The notes beneath the pieces are model-generated. The model did no database searches, was not told where the DNA came from, and saw only the letters and a program-made list of their open reading frames with translations. Position numbers and translations under genes: made by a program. This document shows positions 56,127-64,000 of a stretch of 64,000 nucleotides of DNA, in pieces; position 1 is the first letter of the stretch; every line of letters begins with the position of its first letter. Source of the stretch: Bacteroidota bacterium (lineage in GTDB: Bacteria > Bacteroidota > Bacteroidia > Bacteroidales > FEN-979); assembly GCA_026391835.1 (NCBI GenBank), contig JAPLDF010000042.1, forward strand, positions 552-64,551, given 5' to 3'.

Positions 56127-58100
56127 ATGCGTTTTACCTTATTCATTTTCATTTCTCTGTTCGCAGGGGTTGCAGGATTTTCACAGGAGAAACTTACTGG
56201 TTTGCACATTAACCCGATGGTAAGGGCGCGGGCAATTGAGTATAACCAGATGAAATACCTTGCCAACGGTGAAGATACCCTGCCGGTTGCCATGCCGTTT
56301 TTCGATGATTTCTCGGCAAACAGCGTGTTTCCATCTTCCAAACGGTGGATCGACCGTTTTGCCTTTGAGAACGACGACTTCCCGGTTTTCCCGATAAACC
56401 AGGGTGCCATGACACTTGATGCCATCAATGATTCAGGGAACATGTATCCCACCGCAGTCCCGGGCCCGATGAGCTTTATTGCAGATCACCTGACTTCCCG
56501 CTATATCAGACTTGATTCTGCATTTACGCCTGTTCCACATGCACTTACACCTGCCGATTCCGTTTACCTCAGCTTTTTTTTCCAGCCACAGGGCAGGGGG
56601 ATGGCCCCGCAAAAAATCGACACATTGCTCCTTGAATTTCTCACAATTCCGGCCCACGACAGCATCATACCCGGCGACACCATTAAAATTCCGGATGCCT
56701 GGAAACAGAAATGGTATGCACTGGGAATGTCGCTGGACACCTTCCGGTATTATAACAACAACAAATATTTCATCCAGGTGATGGTTCCGGTTACCGATCC
56801 CGTGTTTTTTACAAATAAATTCAGGTTCAGGTTTACAAATTATGTAAGCCTGGCAAGTTCAGCTGAGCCGAGCTGGCAAAACAACACTGCCCAATGGAAC
56901 CTCGACAATGTTTATCTGAACACTGGCCGTAACAGGTACGACACCGTTTATCCTGAGCTGCGCTTTGTTTACCGCCCTCCTTCCCTGCTCAGGCGATATG
57001 CATCGATGCCCTATCCCCAGTATTGCAACGACCCGACCAACGAGGTCAAGGACACGCTGGAAATCACGATGACCAACCGGGATATAATTCCCCAGATGTC
57101 AACCTACAGTTATTATGTGACCAACCCGGCAACCAGTTTTTCAAAAACATACAACGGAGGAAGTTACAACATCGATCCCTACAAAAGTGTCCCGTATGTG
57201 ACCTACCAGAAATTTGCGCATCCCGAGGTTCCCTTCCTGATCCCCATCAGCCAGGCGGACAGTGCGATTTTTCTGATGAAGCATGTGTTAAGGGCCACGA
57301 CACCCGGAACGGTGATGGGTGATACCATGCAGGCATACCAGAAGTTTTTCAATTATTACGCCTATGACGACGGCACACCGGAAGCCAGTTACGGGCTGAG
57401 CCCTACCGGATCACAGCTTGCCTATGGTTTCAATCTCAACAAATCGCCTGATACCCTGCGTGCAGTCAGCATGTTTTTCAACAGGACGCTGGGCAACGAC
57501 AGCAAACAGTTCTTTTACCTCTGTGTCTGGAATGACAATGCCGGCAAACCGGGTGATACCATCTATTCCGATCTCGTCATGCCGCGCTACGCTGACAGTC
57601 TCAACAAATTCGCCACATACCATATCTATCCACCGCTTGCCATCACAGGAAAATTCTATGTAGGCTGGATACAAACAACCGACGACAATCTTTCGATCGG
57701 GTTCGATCGTCAGAACAGGAGCCAGAATGAGATCTTCTACAACACAACCGGCGTGTGGAACAACTCATCCTTTGAAGGGTCGCTGATGATCCGGCCGATC
57801 ATCGGGAAGCCTATTCCGCTGGGAATCGGCGACATACCGGCCAATGATGTTAAAATATCCGTTTACCCCAACCCTTGCAACTCCGGCCTCTTACACCTGT
57901 GTGTCCCTGACTCCTATGATAAAACAAGCAATTACGGTGACGGCACGATTCTCATTTCCGACCTGGTTGGGCATATTCTGCTGAAAACAGGATTTCAGCA
58001 GGAAATCAATGTAACTTCACTGTCCAATGGATTGTATTTCCTGGAAATCAGGAATCGTGCAGGCGTCCGGGTTGGCACTGCAAAATTTATAATCACCTGA
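56127..58100 (+). CDS. T9SS cargo protein of unknown function
   Basis: Signal peptide MRFTLFIFISLFAGVAGFSQ. The C-terminus VYPNPCNSGLLHL…LSNGLYFLEIRNRAGVRVGTAKFIIT. Confidence 0.75.
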   Translation: MRFTLFIFISLFAGVAGFSQEKLTGLHINPMVRARAIEYNQMKYLANGEDTLPVAMPFFDDFSANSVFPSSKRWIDRFAFENDDFPVFPINQGAMTLDAINDSGNMYPTAVPGPMSFIADHLTSRYIRLDSAFTPVPHALTPADSVYLSFFFQPQGRGMAPQKIDTLLLEFLTIPAHDSIIPGDTIKIPDAWKQKWYALGMSLDTFRYYNNNKYFIQVMVPVTDPVFFTNKFRFRFTNYVSLASSAEPSWQNNTAQWNLDNVYLNTGRNRYDTVYPELRFVYRPPSLLRRYASMPYPQYCNDPTNEVKDTLEITMTNRDIIPQMSTYSYYVTNPATSFSKTYNGGSYNIDPYKSVPYVTYQKFAHPEVPFLIPISQADSAIFLMKHVLRATTPGTVMGDTMQAYQKFFNYYAYDDGTPEASYGLSPTGSQLAYGFNLNKSPDTLRAVSMFFNRTLGNDSKQFFYLCVWNDNAGKPGDTIYSDLVMPRYADSLNKFATYHIYPPLAITGKFYVGWIQTTDDNLSIGFDRQNRSQNEIFYNTTGVWNNSSFEGSLMIRPIIGKPIPLGIGDIPANDVKISVYPNPCNSGLLHLCVPDSYDKTSNYGDGTILISDLVGHILLKTGFQQEINVTSLSNGLYFLEIRNRAGVRVGTAKFIIT

Positions 58101-58164
58101 TAAGTGTGCCGGCATTGCAATTGCCATGCCTGGAAAATTCATACTCCGGTAGGAAAAAAACACC

Positions 58165-59202
58165 ATGGACGATAAACCCGAAATTCCTGAAGAATCCAGT
58201 GAATTATTTGAACATTTCCGATTTGTAGTCGATCGCGGGCAAAATCCGCTGCGTATCGATAAATACCTGATGGCGAAAATTGAAAATGCCTCTAGGAACC
58301 GGATACAAAACTCGGCGCATGCCGGAAACATCCTTGTGAATGATGTGGTGGTCAAGCCCAATCACAAAGTGAAACCCCTTGACATTATCACCATTGTACT
58401 GGCCTATCCTCCCCGTGACACAGAGGTTTATCCCGAAAATATCCCCATCTCCATCGTTTACGAGGACCATGACATCATGGTGATCAACAAAGCGCCGGGA
58501 ATGGTGGTACATCCCGGTCATGGCAACTTCACGGGGACCCTGCAGAATGCCCTGCTTTACCATTTGCAGCAAACCAACCCGGATGATCCTGATGCAAAGC
58601 CCTATCTTGTTCACCGGATCGACAAAGATACCAGCGGGATCATGCTGATTGCCAAGAATGAACTGGCGCAGTCAAAAATCGCAAAACAGTTTTTCGACCA
58701 TACCATCGACCGTACCTATGTGGCGCTCGTGTGGGGAAATATCGATCACGATGAAGGAACCATCGATGCAAATATCGGCCGGGACATCCGCAACCGCCTT
58801 GTGCAGGCTATTTACGACGACCCGGAGAAAGGCCGGCATGCGGTTACACACTACCATGTCCTTGAGCGCTTTGGATATGTAACCCTGGTCGAATGCCGGC
58901 TTGAAACGGGCCGCACACACCAGATCAGGATCCATTTCAAGCACATCGGGCATACGTTGTTTAACGATGACAGCTATGGCGGCTCTGAAATCCTGAAAGG
59001 CACCACCTTTACCAAGTATAAACAGTTTGTAAATAACTGCTTTTCGCTGATTCCCCGCCAGGCCCTGCACGCCAAATCGCTGGGATTTATTCATCCCACC
59101 ACCAAAGAATTCATGCATTTCGACTCTGAATATCCCGCCGACCTGGCGGCGGCCATTGAAAAATGGAGACAATATGGGAAGGGGTTGGTGAATGAGGAAT
59201 GA
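58165..59202 (+). CDS. rluD: RluA-family 23S rRNA pseudouridine synthase (RluD-like) with an N-terminal S4 domain
   Basis: 345 aa. Contains LVHRIDKDTSGIMLIAKN and RTHQIRIHF, with an S4-like RIDKYLMAKIENASRNRIQ. Confidence 0.85.
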   Translation: MDDKPEIPEESSELFEHFRFVVDRGQNPLRIDKYLMAKIENASRNRIQNSAHAGNILVNDVVVKPNHKVKPLDIITIVLAYPPRDTEVYPENIPISIVYEDHDIMVINKAPGMVVHPGHGNFTGTLQNALLYHLQQTNPDDPDAKPYLVHRIDKDTSGIMLIAKNELAQSKIAKQFFDHTIDRTYVALVWGNIDHDEGTIDANIGRDIRNRLVQAIYDDPEKGRHAVTHYHVLERFGYVTLVECRLETGRTHQIRIHFKHIGHTLFNDDSYGGSEILKGTTFTKYKQFVNNCFSLIPRQALHAKSLGFIHPTTKEFMHFDSEYPADLAAAIEKWRQYGKGLVNEE

Positions 59203-59256
59203 CAAATGACAAATGACAAATGACAAATGACGAATGATGAATTATGAAGGATGAAC
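59187..59256. repeat. About 10 heptamers (NNRAATG; core ACAAATG x4) spanning the rluD stop and the plsC start
   Basis: GTGAATG AGGAATG ACAAATG ACAAATG ACAAATG ACAAATG ACGAATG ATGAATT ATGAAGG ATGAACA. The rluD TGA (59200-59202) and the plsC ORF ATG (59244) both lie inside the array. Confidence 0.85.
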
Positions 59257-59996
59257 AGGGAGGGGTGATGCAGGTACTGGCATCGTGCTATTTCTGGGTG
59301 AACCTGTTTCTCACCTCGGCCATACTGTTTCCTGTCGCCATCCTGTTATGGATTACGACTGTATTGTTCGATCGCCGGAGATATCTTTTACATCAATTTA
59401 CCTGCAGGTGGTCCGATATGATCCTGGGAATCAATCCCTATTGGAAAATCAAGGTTGAAGGGCGAAATAAAATCGATCCTGCACAAGTCTATGTGATGGT
59501 CTCCAACCATCAGTCGGGGTTAGACATCCTGGTTCTTTTTAAATTACACACCCATTTCAAATGGGTAGCCAAGAAGGGATTGTTCATTATCCCGTTTATC
59601 GGGTGGAACATGGCCCTGTGCGGGTATATTCCCATTGAACGCGGTCGGGGAAAAAGCAAACTTCAAATGATGGACAAGGCGGCTGAGTCCATTCGTGCAG
59701 GAAACTCCGTCATCATGTTCCCGGAAGGAACGCGGTCGACCGACGGGAATTTGCAAACTTATAAAACAGGAGCTTTCAGGCTGGCGCTTGAAACCAAATC
59801 GCCTATCCTTCCGGTTGTAATTAAGGGAACGTATCATGCAATTAAAAAAGGCGGACTTTTAATCCATAAAAACAGGCAGATCAAACTGGTCATCCTCGAT
59901 CCGATTCCCTATGAATCCTATTGCCACCTCGATTCAAAGGAGTTATCACTGCTCGTTCATGAAAAGACGAAGCAGGAGTTGAAAATACAGGCCTGA
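59244..59996 (+). CDS. plsC: 1-acyl-sn-glycerol-3-phosphate acyltransferase
   Basis: 250 aa. NHQSGLDILVL (HX4D block), FPEGTRS and PVVIKG. The true start could be Met 59268. Confidence 0.8.
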   Translation: MKDEQGGVMQVLASCYFWVNLFLTSAILFPVAILLWITTVLFDRRRYLLHQFTCRWSDMILGINPYWKIKVEGRNKIDPAQVYVMVSNHQSGLDILVLFKLHTHFKWVAKKGLFIIPFIGWNMALCGYIPIERGRGKSKLQMMDKAAESIRAGNSVIMFPEGTRSTDGNLQTYKTGAFRLALETKSPILPVVIKGTYHAIKKGGLLIHKNRQIKLVILDPIPYESYCHLDSKELSLLVHEKTKQELKIQA

Positions 59997-60177
59997 AGCG
60001 GCCCTTCCGTCTGCATTCTCATCTTGGCAATTGGTTGTTCATTTTGACATATTGGCATTGTAAAATTACAAAAACTGCCTTTTTGTCTTATTTCGTTTGA
60101 TTTTTTTCACTGGTATATTGTTTGACTTTTCCCGGGAAACAATAAAATTTCACACACTTAATATAGGAGATAAAACC

Positions 60178-60603
60178 ATGACACTGATCAAATGGCAACA
60201 CAGAAATCCGTTATCGGATATGGTAAGCAACATCTTCGACAATGACCTTGGTGATTTTTTCGGGAAGCGTTTCAGCGATCCTGCAGCCAACATCATTGAA
60301 AGCAGCGATTCATTTCATTTGGAAATCGCTGCGCCCGGGATGGTCAAGGATGATTTTAAAATAAACCTGGAAAACAACATTCTCACCATTTCGGTTGAAG
60401 TTGAAGACCAGAAGCGTGAAGAAGGCAAACAATATTCGAGGAAGGAGTTTTATTACGGCTCTTTCAGCAGATCGTTTACTTTGCCAAAAACCATCGACCT
60501 TGACAATATAAAGGCTGACTACGAAAGCGGGATTTTAAAGATTACCCTCCCTAAAAAGGAAGAGGCGAAGGTTGAGATTAAAAAGGAGATCCGGATCTCA
60601 TAA
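60178..60603 (+). CDS. Hsp20/alpha-crystallin family small heat-shock protein
   Basis: Start set at the internal MTLIKWQ, which is preceded by taggaga. Contains ANIIESSDSFHLEIAAPGMVKDDFKINLENNILTIS…FSRSFTLP…ADYESGILKITLPK. Confidence 0.85.
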   Translation: MTLIKWQHRNPLSDMVSNIFDNDLGDFFGKRFSDPAANIIESSDSFHLEIAAPGMVKDDFKINLENNILTISVEVEDQKREEGKQYSRKEFYYGSFSRSFTLPKTIDLDNIKADYESGILKITLPKKEEAKVEIKKEIRIS

Positions 60604-60627
60604 CCTGTCCGGAGGCTATCACGAGAA

Positions 60628-60656
60628 AAGGCGACCTGTTTGGTTGCCTTTTTTTG
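60628..60656 (+). terminator. Rho-independent terminator of the hsp20 gene
   Basis: AAGGCGACC / tgttt / GGTTGCCTT (one G-U pair) followed by TTTTTG. Confidence 0.7.
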
Positions 60657-60703
60657 TTTTTCATTGATCCAATGGATCCTCAGGCATTCCATATCTTTGC
60701 AGG

Positions 60704-61678
60704 ATGAACAGCACCTACAAGGCCCACATTGCCCTGCTCAGCACCACGTTTATCTTCGGCTTCGCCTACAACATCGTAAAGAGCCTGATGCCGGTAACGT
60801 TGTCGCCGATGCAGCTGATTTTTATCAGGCTCCTTGGCGTAATGATAATTTTCTGGTTGTTCCAGCGGCTGTTTGTACCCGAGAAGGTTGACAGGAAAGA
60901 TCTCATTATGCTAGCAATCTGCGGAATGTTCGGATTTGCCCTCAACCAAACCCTTTTTTACGAAGGGCTGAACCTGAGCACACCCGTGGACGCTTCGCTG
61001 ATTCATGTACTGAACCCGATCCTTGTAATGGTGTTTGCAAGTCTCCTCCTCGGGGAGAAAGTCACCTGGAAAAAAGCAGTGGGCATTGCCATGGGTGCAT
61101 CAGGGGTGCTGATCCTGGTGCTCTATGGACGCACCATGAGTTTTAAAGGGAACCATGCCTGGGGAAACCTGCTGATATTTCTCAACATGGTCTTCTATTC
61201 ACTCTACCTTGTCCTGATAAAGCCCCTTGTCGGGAAATACCATACCACCACCATTTTAAAATGGGTATCATTCTTCGGATTCATATTCATCCTCCCGTTT
61301 TCAGTCAAACCCGCCCTGGAGATCAATTTTGCCGCCATCACGGTCACTGCATGGCTTGGTATCATCTACATCATTGTACTCAACACATTTGTCGCTTACC
61401 TGCTGATCAACTTTGCACTGAAACATGTTAGCACCACAGTAGTCAGCTATTACAGTTACCTCCAGCCTGTCATCGCCGCGATCATGTCGGTAACAATCGG
61501 CCAGGGTGGCATAACCGTTCCAAAGATACTGGCGGCGTTGCTTATTTTTGCGGGGGTGTATGTTGTAAACAGATCACCGCGCCCTTTGACTTCGCTCAGG
61601 GAGCGTCATACCTCACCCCCCGGGCCCTTCGGCTCCGCTCAGGGCCCAGAGGGGGAGTCCGTGCATGAAGTCAGTTAA
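60704..61678 (+). CDS. EamA/DMT-family transporter
   Basis: 324 aa with about 10 TM segments and duplicated EamA-like halves. The C-terminal about 35 aa are atypical and overlap a GGGCCC-containing imperfect hairpin. Confidence 0.75.
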   Translation: MNSTYKAHIALLSTTFIFGFAYNIVKSLMPVTLSPMQLIFIRLLGVMIIFWLFQRLFVPEKVDRKDLIMLAICGMFGFALNQTLFYEGLNLSTPVDASLIHVLNPILVMVFASLLLGEKVTWKKAVGIAMGASGVLILVLYGRTMSFKGNHAWGNLLIFLNMVFYSLYLVLIKPLVGKYHTTTILKWVSFFGFIFILPFSVKPALEINFAAITVTAWLGIIYIIVLNTFVAYLLINFALKHVSTTVVSYYSYLQPVIAAIMSVTIGQGGITVPKILAALLIFAGVYVVNRSPRPLTSLRERHTSPPGPFGSAQGPEGESVHEVS

Positions 61679-61681
61679 GGA

Positions 61682-62746
61682 TCAGAAAAAATGGCGGAAA
61701 GGCAACAGGATCCATTCAAAGATTTTCTCAATCATTGGCCGGCGTTTCCATTCCAGGTAATCAAGTTCCTGCGAGTTCCGGACGGTTTCGGCAATATGTT
61801 CGCGCAGCTGGCGTAAAATATCGGGCTCCGATCCGATCAGGGCAATTTCATACTGGTACCGGAAGCTGCGGAAATCGAAGTTGGCGCTGGCAATCGAAAA
61901 TATTTCATCATCAATGACCAGCAGTTTGGCATGCAGGTTATGCGGGAGATAGAAAAGCAACTTGATGCCTGCATCGTGCAGCAGCCCGAGGTATTTGTTC
62001 CGCAGGATGTCAACCATCCGCATATCGGAATGTTTCGGCATGATAACCGCAACCTCCACGCCGCGTTTACTGGCATCCATCATGGCTTTCCGAAGCAGGA
62101 AACCGGGCAGGAAGTAAGGGGTTTCAATCACCACCGAGGTTGCCGCCTGCCGGATAAGCTGGGTATATCGTTTCCTGAGCCGCTGGAATTGGATGGAAGG
62201 GACATCGCGGATAATTTCAAAGTTACCCGACCTGATCTTCCGGGTGTAGGTGACTTTGTTTGTAATGATAAACGGGTTGAAGGCATTGAAATTTTCAAGA
62301 AACACCTTTTTGAACGCAACGGCGATCTCGCCCTCCATGCGCAGGCACAACTCCCGCCAGTTCAGGTTGTAGCCTGTGATGTTGGCCGATCCGATATAAC
62401 TGACCAGGTCATCAATCACAAGTATCTTGCGGTGGTCACGCCGGTGCCCCCGGGTAAAAATATCACTGTTTATCTTTATCTTCTCGAAAAACTTCACCTC
62501 ACCGCCAAGCCTGATAAGTTCGGTAAAAAAAGTTTCCGAAACCGGTCCCCTGCCCCACGAATCCACAAGGATTTTGACCTTGACACCTTCCTTTGCTTTT
62601 TTTGTGAGCGCATCGCGAAAACGCACCCCCATGTGATCGTTGGCAAATTTGTACGTCTCCAGGAAAACATACTCCTTTGCCTGGGCTATATCAATAAGCA
62701 TCAGGTTATAAAACTGCAGTGTATCATCAATTACCCGGAATTCCAT
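61682..62746 (-). CDS. Phospholipase D-family protein (cardiolipin synthase ClsB-like), two HKD motifs
   Basis: HRKILVIDDLVSYIGSANI and HAKLLVIDDEIFSIASANFD. Confidence 0.8.
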   Translation of the reverse strand: MEFRVIDDTLQFYNLMLIDIAQAKEYVFLETYKFANDHMGVRFRDALTKKAKEGVKVKILVDSWGRGPVSETFFTELIRLGGEVKFFEKIKINSDIFTRGHRRDHRKILVIDDLVSYIGSANITGYNLNWRELCLRMEGEIAVAFKKVFLENFNAFNPFIITNKVTYTRKIRSGNFEIIRDVPSIQFQRLRKRYTQLIRQAATSVVIETPYFLPGFLLRKAMMDASKRGVEVAVIMPKHSDMRMVDILRNKYLGLLHDAGIKLLFYLPHNLHAKLLVIDDEIFSIASANFDFRSFRYQYEIALIGSEPDILRQLREHIAETVRNSQELDYLEWKRRPMIEKIFEWILLPFRHFF

Positions 62747-62987
62747 TTGAATGCAAATTTCCTTTTTCTACCTCATCTCCCCGAGAGACAGTCTCAAAAG
62801 CCTGAAAACCTATCTTCACTGCGAAGACGCCAAGATGCAAAACCAGAACATCAATAATTTTATTTTTAGCGTCTTTGGGTCCTAGGTGTATAAATTGACT
62901 TTTGATACAACCTCAAAGTTTTGTTCAAATTTAATGAAAAGGATCAACCCGGAAGACATGGCATCCCTGAATTGTATAAATTTTACG

Positions 62988-62995
62988 TAAGTTTG
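62988..62995 (+). promoter_or_regulatory. Candidate -7 box TAAGTTTG upstream of yicC
   Basis: Exact TAnnTTTG match, 17 nt upstream of ATG 63012. Confidence 0.45.
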
Positions 62996-63011
62996 CTTAA
63001 AAAAGAGCGAA

Positions 63012-63893
63012 ATGATCAAATCCATGACCGGTTACGGTAAAGCTGTCCTTGATATTACCGGGCGGAAACTCACCATCGAGATCAAAACACTTAACAGCAA
63101 GCAACTTGACCTGAACATGAAAATACCGGGATATTTCAGGGAAAAGGAGTGGGAGGTGAGAGGTATGCTTACCCAGCGGTTTGACCGGGGCAAAATCGAT
63201 TTTTACATCGGGACAGAAGTAACCGGCGAGATGCTGAATTACTCAATCAACCACGCTCTTGCGAAAAAATACCACGCAGAACTGAACAGCCTCGCCAGCG
63301 AACTTCATGAGGGCGGACAGGATTTGCTTTCGCTTGTACTTAAAATGCCGGATGTAATGCAAACCAGCCGCGACGAGTTAAGCGAACACGACTGGCCTTC
63401 CATCGCCGGTGCCATTGATGATGCCATCACCCAGGCAGATTTGTTCCGTATCAATGAAGGGAAAGTGCTGGAGGAGGATATGATGAACCGTGTGAACAGC
63501 ATATTGAAGCTTCTTGAAGAGATTGAGCCTTATGAAAAGAGGCGGATCATCGATTTGCGCGAGCGTTTGCTGCGTGATTTCTCGAAATATTCCGGCGATT
63601 TTAACGGCTCAGCCCCCGACCAGAACCGATTTGAGCAGGAGCTGATCTATTACCTCGAAAAGCTTGATATCACTGAAGAAAAAGTCCGCCTGATGAAACA
63701 TTGCAGGTATTTCCTGGCAACATTGCAGGAAGCGGTTTCACAGGGTAAAAAACTCGGATTCGTAACCCAGGAAATGGGCCGCGAAATCAACACCATCGGG
63801 TCGAAGGCCAGTGATGTGGAGATACAGAAAATCGTCGTACAGATGAAGGATGAGCTGGAGAAGATCAAGGAGCAGTTGGGCAATATACTTTAA
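63012..63893 (+). CDS. yicC: YicC/YloC-family protein (stress-induced endoribonuclease family)
   Basis: 293 aa. MIKSMTGYG at the N-terminus and a C-terminal GFVTQEMGREINTIGSKA motif. Confidence 0.85.
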   Translation: MIKSMTGYGKAVLDITGRKLTIEIKTLNSKQLDLNMKIPGYFREKEWEVRGMLTQRFDRGKIDFYIGTEVTGEMLNYSINHALAKKYHAELNSLASELHEGGQDLLSLVLKMPDVMQTSRDELSEHDWPSIAGAIDDAITQADLFRINEGKVLEEDMMNRVNSILKLLEEIEPYEKRRIIDLRERLLRDFSKYSGDFNGSAPDQNRFEQELIYYLEKLDITEEKVRLMKHCRYFLATLQEAVSQGKKLGFVTQEMGREINTIGSKASDVEIQKIVVQMKDELEKIKEQLGNIL

Positions 63894-63981
63894 TGCAAAC
63901 AATGAAAACAATGCAGACAATGCAGATAATGCAGACAATGCAAATAATGCAGACAATGCAAATAATTTAAAAAAATGCAAC
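63892..63981 (+). repeat. 10 tandem nonamers AATGCARAY beginning inside the yicC stop codon
   Basis: (T)AATGCAAAC AATGAAAAC AATGCAGAC AATGCAGAT AATGCAGAC AATGCAAAT AATGCAGAC AATGCAAAT AATTTAAAA AATGCAACC. Confidence 0.95.
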
Positions 63982-64000
63982 CATTTAAAACGTTGCTTGC

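Noticed and set aside
61931-62857. A 308-aa plus-strand ORF.
   Set aside because: It is antisense to the PLD-family gene, which has two clear HKD motifs. Its own translation has no recognisable motifs.
28624-63981. The short tandem-repeat arrays as CRISPR arrays.
   Set aside because: The units are 7-9 nt and directly abutting, with no unique spacers. The arrays are at most 104 nt long and there are no cas genes.
1-64000. Mobile genetic elements, prophage, and rRNA or tRNA genes.
   Set aside because: No transposase, integrase, phage structural or cloverleaf-like sequences were recognised in any intergenic region. I cannot exclude small ncRNAs without covariance-model searches.

Overview
This is a Bacteroidota-type chromosomal window: it has T9SS C-terminal sorting domains, TAnnTTTG -7 promoter boxes, gldA and a porT-like gene. 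I saw no rRNA, tRNA, CRISPR or transposase/integrase.

Left third (1-21 kb), a surface-protein island:
- A minus-strand ORF of at least 4,363 codons (1-13091) is absent from the supplied ORF track because it has no stop inside the window. It encodes a giant modular adhesin-like protein.
- A 1,761-aa protein (15653-20938) carries a cohesin-like domain, about 12 Ig-like repeats and a C-terminal Fibrobacter-succinogenes-major-paralogous (FISUMP) domain.
- Two small secreted lectin-like proteins sit beside them: one FISUMP, one DUF1566.

Remainder (21-64 kb), mostly housekeeping genes:
- POT transporter, NahK-like kinase and GH20 hexosaminidase.
- frr, pyrH, secA, a TlpA-like protein, coaD, porT-like, ubiE.
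- The tsf-rpsB-rpsI-rplM operon.
- A PIF1-like helicase and an AAA+ ATPase.
- gldA, metK, a FadL-like porin with an SGNH lipase, rdgB, ddl, a PASTA protein, rluD, plsC, hsp20, an EamA transporter, a PLD-family protein and yicC.
- Four T9SS cargo genes are interspersed.

The most unusual signal is a family of at least 13 short tandem-repeat arrays with 7-9 nt units. The unit types are GGCGGACR, TTACGAW, AATGCARAY and ATG-containing heptamers/octamers.
- Eight arrays start within 0-6 nt of, or contain, the stop codon of the upstream gene.
- One octamer array sits in frame inside the AAA+ ATPase CDS.
- One array encodes the rdgB C-terminal tail.
- One embeds both the rluD stop and the plsC start.

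I cannot name a described system that explains them. Function, database matches and copy-number polymorphism could not be tested here.
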